Shown in pieces: positions 14,031 to 24,740 of a stretch of DNA of 64,000 nucleotides. Made by a program: the position numbers and the translations under genes. Below the pieces are notes generated by a model. That model searched no databases and was not told where the DNA came from. It worked only from the letters and a program-made list of their open reading frames with translations. Each line of letters opens with the position of its first letter. Position 1 is the stretch's first letter. This DNA is from Basidiobolus meristosporus CBS 931.73 (taxonomy: Eukaryota; Fungi; Basidiobolomycota): contig MCFE01000342.1 of NCBI GenBank assembly GCA_002104905.1, positions 26,881-90,880 of the forward strand, given 5' to 3'.

Positions 14031-14528
14031 TGAGTTAACTGAACCTAAGTGACAACTAAGTGCAGTATCTTATAATTATCAAGAGTGACAGAAATATTAG
14101 CAAAGAGGTTATGGTCTAATATTGGTCTTATATATAGCTGAGTTGGCCTATAAAGGCAACAGAGTAGGTTTGCTATGTGGGCTAAGCTTGGTAGTCCTGA
14201 GAGTGCTAGATATGCTAAGTTTGGGTAGAAACTAGAATAGATTTGTTGAATTCTTAATTTTGTTGAGACACAAATTAAACCAAAAGGTTCAGTAAACTTT
14301 ATGTATACTTTTGTGAATGAGTTGCACTGGTAAGCGCCAAGAGGCTGGACTAGTTGAAATCTGTTGGGGTGTTGATAGGTGCATAAGATAAGTGAAAAAT
14401 TGCATCATTAATCAGTTTATGTCTTGGCAACTGCTAAGTGGTTGGATAAATCTCAGTTGACTAATCACTTGGAAAGGCTTAGCAGATCAGCTGAGGATGT
14501 AATAATATCTGGGGACAAGTTTAGATTG

Positions 14529-15429
14529 TCAGATTGCATCTAGTGTCATAACATATGACCCATCTGGAAATCTGCTGTTTCTGTGTCTTGAGGCGTATGT
14601 TGAAGTCATCTTTTGCTGTGTGGTCTTACTTCTGTCACTGATAGCAGGGTAGACAATGTTTGTAAGGTACTCAAGCCGGTTCTTTAGCTTGTCTGTATTC
14701 AAACTTGCTAGCTCTGTACTCTGGTAGTCCCCAAAGTGGTTGTATCTTCTTCCAAACATCAAAGAAAATGGTGTTCATCCATGTAGAGCAGCAATCTTGG
14801 TATTGATAGCATACTGCACAGTGGGAATGTACTTGTCCCAATTCTTCTTTATACTTTTGATCAATTTTCCAATGATGTTCACTGAGGTCTGAGCATGTCT
14901 TTCAGCAAGTCCATTAGCTTTTGGATGATGTGGAGTGATCAGATGGTGATCAATAGTGCTATTGTGGCAGAGGGCCTTGATCACGTGATTTACAAATTCT
15001 TTTCCATTATCCAATTGAATGACCTTAAGGAACCCAAAAAGGCAGAAGAGCTTGAATAGTGCTTGCGCAATAGTGGCACCATACTTGTCTGGGATAGCCT
15101 TGAGGAAGACAAAAGATGTGCAGAGATCCACAATTACAAAGCGGTAGTGATTACCTTCATCACTGGTGGTCAAAGGTCCAGCTAGATCAATTGCAATATG
15201 ATCCATAGGAAGAGTTGCATGGAGGGGACTCAAAGGGTGAAATCCATGGAGGCTGATATGGTAAAGTTGGAATTCTTTGCAAGACTTGACAAGTTCTAGG
15301 CAGTCAGCTTTGATATTTGGCAAGTAATATCCATCAGAGTGTAGCTTCTTCATAAATGTGTTGGCTCCAAAGTGTCCAGGCAGATGACTCCCCTGTATCA
15401 ACATTTTCCTTTCATTGGTATGTGGGATT
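14529..15429 (-). pseudogene. Ty3/gypsy integrase (host element, segment 3)
   Basis: H..GHFG...CKEC zinc finger, HIAIDLAGPL, DNGKEF, ANGLAER. The reading frame continues across the copia insertion. Confidence 0.9.
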
Positions 15430-17458
15430 TGTTGTAATTATTGAATTGTCACCTAAATATTCATGCTAACTTAGTCACATAGATCTTATTCTGTGATTAG
15501 CATTCTGTCCTGACTAGATTTCTTGTCGGGATTTACTTAGAATATTTTCACCAAATTGTCAGGTACCCAGATTATTATTTTTCTCAAAGTCGTCCAAAAG
15601 ACCCCAAACTTTGCACACATATTCTTGGGACCTTCCTTAACAAACTCTACACGTTTGTTTCCTCTACTTTATCAAAAGTATAAATACTATACTTTTGATC
15701 AATAAATCTACAAGTGAATAACATGTAAATCATCTAGTTCTCCACATCACTTCCAATACTCCTCAGAATATTGCAACAGGTTATGAGCCCCGAGCTTGCT
15801 GTCCTCTTGGTGTCTACTATGCTTTGGATCCTTTTCTGCTAGTCTGGAGAAAGACTTTCCGCACTATTGCTCTGCTAAGGTTAAAGAAGACTACCGCTGC
15901 TAAAGGACTATGTTTATGAGGATATTGCTGTGGAGAAGAAGGCCTTGCCTTTAAAAGATGCTTTCAGTAACTATCCAAGTTAGTTATGGAGAAGAGTCAA
16001 TCAAACTGGCATGTAATTGTGTCAAGAAATATAGTATGTTGGTGCTCTACCACTACTGAAGAAAATTGCGTAATTCCAGCAATTGAGGGTCCAGATCTAC
16101 AATGAAATATACTGCAATATGTATTCATATGACCCCAATTGACTGTTAGACGAGCTCTTGGATAGGATATTATCCTGAATTGCAAAAAAAAAAAAAAATA
16201 GATCATTATTAAATGATTGCCGGAGGAGGATTTTACCAAAAATCTGTTGCCACTCAAAATACAGCTGAGAATGCAAATACTGGAGCTGTTAGCCGCCATT
16301 CTGGACTATCTACTGATGGAAAAAGATCTCAGAAACAAGCTTCCTGAATTGTAAGGATCCCAATGATATATAATACATATATATCCACCTGGAGTACGGA
16401 TATGTACTACACAATCCATTAGAAGAATGCTATAATTGTATCAAGTGTTTTGATACTGAAACCAGTGTACCAGGAGCTAAATATGGAGCTGTTAGACGTG
16501 CTACCACTCTGTTTAAGTCTCAAAACAGTGGGAGAAAGTATTATACAAATTTAGCAAAATCAACTCATGAAGATTCTACCGCCAGCCAAAGGAGTGAAGC
16601 ATATAATTGCAAGCCTGATTAGAGTATACAACCAAGCAACAGTTGGTCAGTACACAGCTAAGAGCCACTCAGAAGATACCACAGTATACACCTTTCTTTA
16701 CTGTAAAGGAGCAATTTCATGGAATTCAAGAAAGCAACCAACCGTAGCACTTTCTACTACAGAGGCAGAATATATGGCAGCCTGTGAGGCTACAAAGGAA
16801 GCAATGTGGTTAAGAAAGCTGTTTACAGATTTAGGCCTATGTCAAAAAACGCCTATTACTTTATTTCAAGATAATCAAGGATGTATACAATTAGGTAGAA
16901 ATCCAACTTTTCATGCTAGAACCAAGCACATAGATATTAGACATCATTTCATACGTGAAGCTATAGAGAGTAACTTAGTTAGATTAGTTTACTGTCCTAC
17001 AGATGAAATGATTGCAGACATATTTACCAAACCATTAGCTAGAGACAAGTTTGAATATCTTAGGTCAAAATTAGGACTAGTCAGTATGAACATTTAGCTG
17101 AGTGGGAGTGTTGTAAAAAATTCGTATTTCCACCTAAATATTCACCTAACTTAGTCACTTAGATCATTACCTTCAAATCCTAGAAAATACTGACCAAATT
17201 CCTTGTCGGGATTTACTTAGAATATTTTCACCAAAATACCAGGTACCCAGAACATGAAAATTCTCAAAGTTGTCCAAACAGCCCCAAACTTTGCACACAT
17301 GTTCTTGGGACCTTCCTTAACCTATTCTACGTGTTTGTAATGCCAAGACCAGGTAAAAGTATAAATACCACTTTTACATTCAATAAATCATTAAGTGAAA
17401 ACCACATAATCTACTTGTTCTCCCAATCACTTCCAATATCTCCAAGACTCTTACAACA
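15430..17458 (+). mobile_element. Short non-autonomous copia element with dissimilar LTRs (15430-15778 and 17110-17458) and GGATT TSD
   Basis: PBS ggttatgagccc at 15779, PPT agctgagtgggag at 17097-17109, GGATT at 15425-15429 and 17459-17463. Confidence 0.88.
16700..17097 (+). CDS. Intact copia RNase H segment (C-terminal part of ORF 16567..17097)
   Basis: GAISWNSRKQPTVALSTTEAEY...RTKHIDIRHHFIRE...MIADIFTKPL. The upstream part of the ORF is highly diverged. Confidence 0.8.
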
Positions 17459-18380
17459 GGATTTTCCAGGATGCTGAATCCAGTTCAGGAACTTTATTGG
17501 AAGTTGTAGTGAGCTCACGGATTATGTCAGTAATCACATGCCCCTCCCAAAATGAAGTTGGAAAAGTCTTGAAAGGTGGTCAGGTAGGATGCTGAGGATT
17601 CCTGGGCAATGTATAACTATATATTCATAATCAAGTAGAGTATCAAGCCAGTTGGTAAGCATTGGAGTCAGAGTCTTTTGAGTGTGGATATAGACAAGGG
17701 CTTGGTGGTTGGTATACAAGGTAACAGGGCTACCCCATAAGTACTGATGAAACTTCTTCAAGGCAAAGATTATGGCAAGTAGCTCCTTCTTGATGACAGA
17801 GTAGTTTCTCTCAGCAGGTTTTAGAGATCTGGCTTGAAAAGAGATCCAGTGAGGTGGATATTGGTCTTCATCCTGGTATAGGACAGCCCCTAACCCAACA
17901 TTAGATGCATCCATTGCAACAAAAAGGTCTTAGTAAAGCCTTGGTAGGATAGGGTGGGTGCCCGTGGGAGCAACTGGCAGAGTGACTCAAATGCTTGGTC
18001 ATGAACCTTGTTCCAGGCTGAGGGAAGATCAGGACTATGGTGTAATGCATCCAAAGGGGCACTCAATGAGTACGTGAGAGGAATGTGTTCCCTGGAATAG
18101 TTGAATATTCCAAGATAATGTTGGAGCTGCTTAGCACTATTGGGTTTTGGCCATTCAGGAATATTGACCAGTTTGAAAGGATCAAGCTGGTGGCCATCTG
18201 GAGTGACAATGAATCCAAGTAGATTGATTTTGAGGCTGGCAAAGCTGCACTTTTCCGCATTAAGAATCAGGTCAGCAGCTGTCAGTCTATTTATTACATC
18301 AGTGACATGGGTTGCATGATTGTCATGATTTGTGGAAAATATGATGACATCATCAACAAATACCAAAGCATATGGTGTGT
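17459..18380 (-). pseudogene. Ty3/gypsy RT (FVDD)-RNaseH (host element, segment 2)
   Basis: VFVDDVIIFS, DASNVGLGAVL, ERNYSVIKKELLAI. Confidence 0.92.
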
Positions 18381-18635
18381 TGTGGTGGTGTAGAGGTACT
18401 CCTGGGAGAAGCTACACAACTCAAGGTGTGTGAGGTGTCTGATGGGTGCAATAGACTTGTTCCGTTGGATAGTGCCACATAGTGCCAGCCGGTTTATAGT
18501 GCCGGATCAATCTGGCACTCTACGGCACTATCTGGCACTATAATTTCTACCATGATGCCAGTGGTATGATACAGTTACTGGTAATTTTACTCAATCTTAC
18601 TTATGTTGCTCAGAATAGTGCTTTCCTTGCTTTAT

Positions 18636-19520
18636 TTACTCTTCATAATGCTCCAGACACATTTCTCTCAGTGGATGTCTTCTTGTATGAACATACTGTG
18701 CATTGATAAGTATCTTAACTATTTTACCTATTCTGCTGTTTTCTCCTATATATGACTTTCCTCTGTATTTACCTGCCAATATGCTGAATCTCTTCAGATA
18801 TCCAAATGTGTGCTCTACCCTTACTCTGAAATGATTAAATATCTCATTGTAGAGCTTCTGCTTCCTGCTAAGCACACCATTCCTTGGCTTCCTATAAGCT
18901 GTAATACATCCTAATCTCTGACAATCCTCTCCTATATAGGCCAAGTCTGCCATACATTTCTCCCCTCTACTGAATTCAGGATGATTCTCTACCCAGAGTG
19001 CATTGTCAAGCCTACTTCCAGCAAATGGCCCACTAAACCAGATGATGTTACCCTCAATGTCAGACAGTGCTTGAAACTTCACACAGTGTGCCTTGTACTT
19101 GCCAGAATAAAAGTGCCTCTGCCCTCTAGAAGATCTGTTAATCCTCACTGGGAAGGTATCCAAAATACTCCTGATATGGAACCTGTTGCTGAACACTCTG
19201 GGATATGGAAGTCTATTGGAGCTTCTGAACCTAGTATTCCAAGCTTGCTCTAAGTCATTCATACCCTCTGCAAGGTGGTTCTCCATTGCTGTCAGCTGGG
19301 AATGAAAGCTTCTAGGACTTTTGTTGCCATGGATGGTGGGATGAAACCTTGTAGGGCAATAGTTCTTGTAATAGCAGAGAAGCTTAACAAGGGATCTCCT
19401 TGAGTAGATTGGGGTTGATGGTCCACAGTACTTGGAATAGATCTCCTCCAGTGTGTCAAAAGGAAATCCAGTGGTAGTGATGGGATTGATGAGAAAAGAC
19501 CATTCAGATGAGTAAGTCAT
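18636..19520 (-). CDS. IS5/PHIS-type DDE transposase (DDE_Tnp_4-like), 294 aa, intact
   Basis: ILDTFPVRINR, FYSGKYKAHCVKFQ, GPFAGSRLD, MADLAYIG, RVRVEHTFGYLKRF give the D-D-E triad and conserved spacing of this family. Confidence 0.9.
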   Translation of the reverse strand: MTYSSEWSFLINPITTTGFPFDTLEEIYSKYCGPSTPIYSRRSLVKLLCYYKNYCPTRFHPTIHGNKSPRSFHSQLTAMENHLAEGMNDLEQAWNTRFRSSNRLPYPRVFSNRFHIRSILDTFPVRINRSSRGQRHFYSGKYKAHCVKFQALSDIEGNIIWFSGPFAGSRLDNALWVENHPEFSRGEKCMADLAYIGEDCQRLGCITAYRKPRNGVLSRKQKLYNEIFNHFRVRVEHTFGYLKRFSILAGKYRGKSYIGENSRIGKIVKILINAQYVHTRRHPLREMCLEHYEE

Positions 19521-19879
19521 ATTAAAATTGATGGATGATCATATGGAGGCGGTTTGAATTGATTCGGCGCGATCTGCGTTATTTATCTGATTTTTAACAC
19601 ATTATGGTTAAATCTCCATCAATTGCCATGTATCCCATCATTGTGTTGCAAAAATCATCCGCAAACAATGCCTTGGTACTTTTATTGATGCTTTAATCAT
19701 AGGTCTATAATCAAATAGGAAATCTGCAATTGATGTGATCTGATCCATGTCAACGCGATCCAAGATGCATCATGCATAATATATGGAAAATTCAACAATC
19801 ACTTTAGTTTTCATATATATTTCATATAAGACCAGGTTGATGCCAATATACTGCTGTATAAGTATCCAAATCCGTTGCT

Positions 19880-22800
19880 ATGGTCCCCATACCAAGCCTC
19901 AACTCATCTTTAGTACAACCCAGACAAAACCCATCCCCCAGCTCACAAGCGCGGTCCGGACCGGAAAAGTCAATGTCGGATCCGTTTGAGTTCTTGCCAA
20001 ATGATTTTAGTATGGCCCAAGTGTCTATGATGAGCCTTCATACAGATATTTGGGCACTACTGATTAATTTAGCAGAACTAGATACCTCAGAGAGTCGACA
20101 AAGATGGAAGAATTTGAGTAGAAAGCTGTGGCATGAGTTCTACATCAAGATGCCAGCCAATGTATGTAAAAAGATATATAACAAGACAAGTATTGAAATC
20201 AAGAATGAGCTGAGAGTGAGGGGATTTGACAAGGAAGCCGCTGTGGTAGGGTAAACATACCTCCCACAGACAAGTTTATTCATATAGTCATTATGATATA
20301 CTTATCCATATTTTATCTTATCAGTATTATCCCATTCTTCTTTTGCCCATATTATCAGTATTATCCCCATATGATGTTTACCCTGATTAGTTATTAGCAT
20401 TAGTTATCCCAGATGTTATTCAGCTTTGTGATCAGTAGATGTATCTATATAAGGCAAGTACCCGCGTCAGTACCCGTGACACATGACCTAGGTCTGTGTT
20501 ACCATCTCTACCATTTCAATACCATATATGGTATTTCTATGTTGCACAGGTTTCAGACTACTGATTCCTGATTGGTTGAGAGTGCTGTGCCTTTTAGAAC
20601 CTTCCAGGACATTCTTGGCATATTTTTAGCTCATAGTGATGTCATCAAGAATTCCACTGATACCTAGAATCTTCTAGAACCTTGTCATTAGTAATCACTT
20701 GGCAATCAGGAAAAGTATTTAAGGGAAAGCAATCCCTCATCAATAAATCATCCCTTCTATCAGTAACACTTCTACCTTATTGATTAGCAGTTGATCACTG
20801 CACCTGCCTTCAACAGTACATCTAAGACCTGCCATCAAGGAGCTTTTCAGGGTAGTGCACAAGACACACAGAGGCCTTTGGAGACACTTGGAGCACCTAG
20901 GGAGCTAAAGAAGCAGGAGCTTTTACCATAGTGACATATTGACAAAGACACCAGCAGTTTAGACACAGAGGTTATTGCACCCATCAGACACCTCACACAC
21001 CTTGAGTTGTGTAGCTTCTCCCAGGAGTACCTCTACACCACCACATATTTGGCACCCAACGTGGGGGGTTTGACTGAACTGCCCCTAGAAGACTTAAGAA
21101 AGAACAAATTATCAAGACCATGGATCTACCTTTACCAGGAATGCAAGGAACTCCTTTCTTTGATGGAACCAAAGTTAAAGCTTTCATCAAGAGGTGGGAG
21201 CTTTTCTGCAGAGCCCACAAAATACCTGAGGCCATTATGGCTGAAGAGATGCCCCCCTACAGCACTGATGAGATCATGCTCTCATTATATGAAAGAAATG
21301 ATCTGCTGACAAATTGGACCCTCTTGAAGAGCTACTTGATTGATGAATATGGAGAGAGACAAGTTGACTACACACTTCAAGACTTGGAGAACTTTGCTTA
21401 TAGCAAGTTTAAGCTGCTACCATTGAAAGAATACTTGAGTGGCCTTGAGCAAATTGGAGAGTCACTGAAAGCCCAAGGCATTATCACTGATCTGACTTTA
21501 TCTGCCTATCTGCTCAGAGCACTACCAGAAGGCCTGGTGAGAAGGATTGAAAACAATCCTACTGTGAAAGCTATGAGTTCACTGCCTGCATTTCAGTTAG
21601 CTAAGCAGATTCTACTTGCCCCTGAAGAAACCTCACCCATCAGAAAGCTTCTTTCAAGCCCAGAACAAAACCAAGATAGCCAAGACATACTTAATCCCAG
21701 CAATCAAAGCACTCAAATTCAGGAGCTGACACAGCAACTAGAGAAACTCTCTTTGCTACTTGCCAGCAAAGCATATGGTCAGGAGCCAGTAGAGAAAGAA
21801 GTCAAATATACATGCATGTGGTGTGACTCTGCCAACCATTCCAAGAGAAATTGCCAAGAGCTTCAGTCATTACTATCCACAGGTGATGTCCTATATAATC
21901 CTCAGGGATACATAGTCAGTAAGCATGGTGACAAATTATCCACAGCATTTGGACAAGGAGGAATGAGAGTTCACTACAAGCAAGTCACCTCTCATACAAG
22001 AAAGGTTCACCTCCATGAAGAAGAAGATCCTGACTACTTTGATCCAGCTGAAGTTCTGAACTTTGACTATGAGGACCCCAGAGAGGCCCAAGATCATATA
22101 GCTTCAATTTATGCTTCAAAGAGACACCATCCTGAAAAAATGGCTAATCTAGGCCCAGCAACAAAAGTACCAAGATGTGAGCCAGAAGTTGTGATTGAGA
22201 AGAAAGCATCACCCCCATTAATTCTACAAGAGTCTGCCAAGACCAACAACTACCACATGCAGCCTAAAGTCAAGCAAAATGGTACCCCAGAGGCTCTGAC
22301 AAGTCATATACTAGGAAGCAACATATCAATCAAGGTTGGAGAGCTACTCAGTGTATCACCATCTGTAAGAAAGACTCTGGATGAGCATATCAGAATAAGA
22401 AAGCATCCAATTGAAGCAACTCAAGGCAACCAGGTCAGGACAGTTCAAGGAAGCCAAGATATCAGTAAGCTGCATCAAAGCCAGAAACACTACTACTCAG
22501 AGGCAACTGCAACAACTACAGGAACTGTGCATAATCAAGAAATCCTATGTCATATAGACAGTGGATCTGAGATATGTGTGATGCCTTTGGAGGCTTGGAA
22601 ACAACTACCATGCAAAGACCTATTGCCCATAGACACCAATATCAATTGGAGCATGAAGGATGCCAACTCAGGGCAATCAAAGCTTTTAGGAATTATTCAC
22701 AGCTTCCCTCTCATCATTGAAGGAATACCCCATGAGATCCCAGTATTCATTTGTGCAAAGGCTAACTTTGAATTACTTCTTGGAAGACCATGGGAGGTAA

Positions 22801-24740
22801 AAGCAAGAGCAACTGCAGTGAACTACCCAGATGGTTCAGCATGGTATACTATATACTCAGAGAGCCCAGGACTAACAGCAACCTTCTGTGGTGTGGACTC
22901 AAACAATATCCGATCAATGACATCATGTAGATTTCTATCTCAAGAAAGGACAGGTGGCTTCATTGAGGAAGACTGAGAGAGCACTTTGTTCTCCAAACTT
23001 ACAGTGGTTAGCTAAAAAGTTCCCTGAAACTTTTTAGCTCAAGTGGGGGGTGGATGTGGTAGGGTAAACATACCTCCCACAGACAAGTTTATTCATATAG
23101 TCATTATGATATACTTATCCATATTTTATCTTATCAGTATTATCCCATTCTTCTTTTGCCCATATTATCAGTATTATCCCCATATGATGTTTACCCTGAT
23201 TAGTTATTAGCATTAGTTATCCCAGATGTTATTCAGCTTTGTGATCAGTAGATGTATCTATATAAGGCAAGTACCCGCGTCAGTACCCGTGACACATGAC
23301 CTAGGTCTGTGTTACCATCTCTACCATTTCAATACCATATATGGTATTTCTATGTTGCACAGGTTTCAGACTACTGATTCCTGATTGGTTGAGAGTGCTG
23401 TGCCTTTTAGAACCTTCCAGGACATTCTTGGCATATTTTTAGCTCATAGTGATGTCATCAAGAATTCCACTGATACCTAGAATCTTCTAGAACCTTGTCA
23501 TTAGTAATCACTTGGCAATCAGGAAAAGTATTTAAGGGAAAGCAATCCCTCATCAATAAATCATCCCTTCTATCAGTAACACTTCTACCTTATTGATTAG
23601 CAGTTGATCACTGCACCTGCCTTCAACAGTACATCTAAGACCTGCCATCAAGGAGCTTTTCAGGGTAGTGCACAAGACACACAGAGGCCTTTGGAGACAC
23701 TTGGAGCACCTAGGGAGCTAAAGAAGCAGGAGCTTTTACCATAGTGACATATTGACAAAGACACCAGCAGTTTAGACACAGAGGTTATTGCACCCATCAG
23801 ACACCTCACACACCTTGAGTTGTGTAGCTTCTCCCAGGAGTACCTCTACACCACCACACCGCGCGGGAACAATTTTGCGCGCAATTTGCACAGTACAGGC
23901 CGGACGCGTCCGTTCGTGCCTCAACTTTGGGAACTAAAGAGATTTTGAATGAGTTTTTGCCTCAAATGACTAATGTACTACGTGATATATTAGTAGAGCT
24001 AAGTGGCTTCCGAGAGCAATATACACAGGACTCATCCAGGCAACAGCTCCAAAGTATCAGACAGAGGGTAAGTGAATACCTTGAGGAATCAGATGGAGCT
24101 TCAGGAGGAAGAATACAGACCGTGAGCAACATCGTCCAGATTGCACCAGCACGCCTTGCTGGATTCCCTACCATCTCTTGCAACCACAGCGCACCGGCGC
24201 ACGTCAGTCCAGACCACGCCAACACCCTTTACCAGAACGCCCCGCGTCAAGTCAACGCGCGCGCTTCAGAGCAAAACTACCAGAACTCGCCAAACTGCTC
24301 ATTTAGACACAAGTCCATTGGAGCGGACCGAGTTGTGTCAACATGCGGCATCACATCAAACTCAGCCAAGGGCCATCTCAACACGTCTAGGCACGCCTGC
24401 GCGTGCAGTTTTGCCTGACCATCAGCGAGTTACTTCTGGTGAACTGACTGATGATGACCAACATGAAGTGACTCAACCACCGGAGCCCTTGGCAAGTAAA
24501 AGAACGCGTCAGCGTGTGGCACTACAGGCCGGTACAGTTGGTTCAGTTGGTTCAGTCGGAGCAATTCAGCGCGGCCAAGCTGCAGCATTGCACTCATCAA
24601 CTAGGAGGCAAAATACTGACTACAAATACACAAGTAGCCAAGATGATAGTCAGCCAGGAAGTAGTATAGGTGTGCAAAGTGAGTCACTACCAAATGCTTC
24701 AGTAGTAATCCCTGTGAGAAAAAAACCTAGGAGAAGATGA
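19880..24740 (+). CDS. PHIS ORF2, putative Myb/SANT/MADF-like DNA-binding protein, interrupted by the LTR element (19880-20241 joined to 23863-24418/24740)
   Basis: Removing 20242-23862 gives an in-frame ...GFDKEAAREQFCAQ...LGTKEILNEF. Uninterrupted copy 2 (near 28490) has the same junction. IWALLINLAELDTSESRQRWKNL resembles MADF/trihelix helices 2-3. The start may be ATG 19973. Confidence 0.65.
21050..21066 (+). promoter_or_regulatory. Primer binding site, tRNA-Lys(CUU) type
   Basis: tggcacccaacgtgggg differs by one CpG transition from the canonical TGGCGCCCAACGTGGGG Lys primer site. Confidence 0.75.
21120..22976 (+). CDS. Gag-protease polyprotein, 618 aa, intact
   Basis: N-terminal P.FDG..V..FI.RWE, zinc knuckle CMWCDSANHSKRNC, aspartic protease CHIDSGSEICVM...LLLGRPW. 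The ORF stops 64 nt before the PPT. Confidence 0.9.
   Translation: MDLPLPGMQGTPFFDGTKVKAFIKRWELFCRAHKIPEAIMAEEMPPYSTDEIMLSLYERNDLLTNWTLLKSYLIDEYGERQVDYTLQDLENFAYSKFKLLPLKEYLSGLEQIGESLKAQGIITDLTLSAYLLRALPEGLVRRIENNPTVKAMSSLPAFQLAKQILLAPEETSPIRKLLSSPEQNQDSQDILNPSNQSTQIQELTQQLEKLSLLLASKAYGQEPVEKEVKYTCMWCDSANHSKRNCQELQSLLSTGDVLYNPQGYIVSKHGDKLSTAFGQGGMRVHYKQVTSHTRKVHLHEEEDPDYFDPAEVLNFDYEDPREAQDHIASIYASKRHHPEKMANLGPATKVPRCEPEVVIEKKASPPLILQESAKTNNYHMQPKVKQNGTPEALTSHILGSNISIKVGELLSVSPSVRKTLDEHIRIRKHPIEATQGNQVRTVQGSQDISKLHQSQKHYYSEATATTTGTVHNQEILCHIDSGSEICVMPLEAWKQLPCKDLLPIDTNINWSMKDANSGQSKLLGIIHSFPLIIEGIPHEIPVFICAKANFELLLGRPWEVKARATAVNYPDGSAWYTIYSESPGLTATFCGVDSNNIRSMTSCRFLSQERTGGFIEED
23010..23054 (+). 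promoter_or_regulatory. 12-bp perfect hairpin followed by the polypurine tract
   Basis: agctaaaaagtt-ccctga-aactttttagct at 23010-23039, then aagtggggggtgga up to the LTR. Confidence 0.8.

Larger units (their letters stand above)
20242..23858 (+). mobile_element. Pol-less Ty3/gypsy-derived LTR element (gag-protease only), apparently identical 804-bp LTRs, CCGC TSD
   Basis: LTRs at 20242-21045 and 23055-23858, CCGC at 20238-20241 and 23859-23862, PBS and PPT present. Confidence 0.95.

Noticed and set aside
15960-16690. Confident call of a captured host gene
   Set aside because: Short protein-like frames also align loosely to copia RT-end motifs. Kept only as an open question in findings.
18636-19520. 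Bacterial IS5 contamination or very recent horizontal transfer
   Set aside because: It is embedded in and invaded by eukaryotic LTR elements, has several decayed local copies and is CpG-purged like resident TEs. An ancient prokaryotic affinity is a general family trait.
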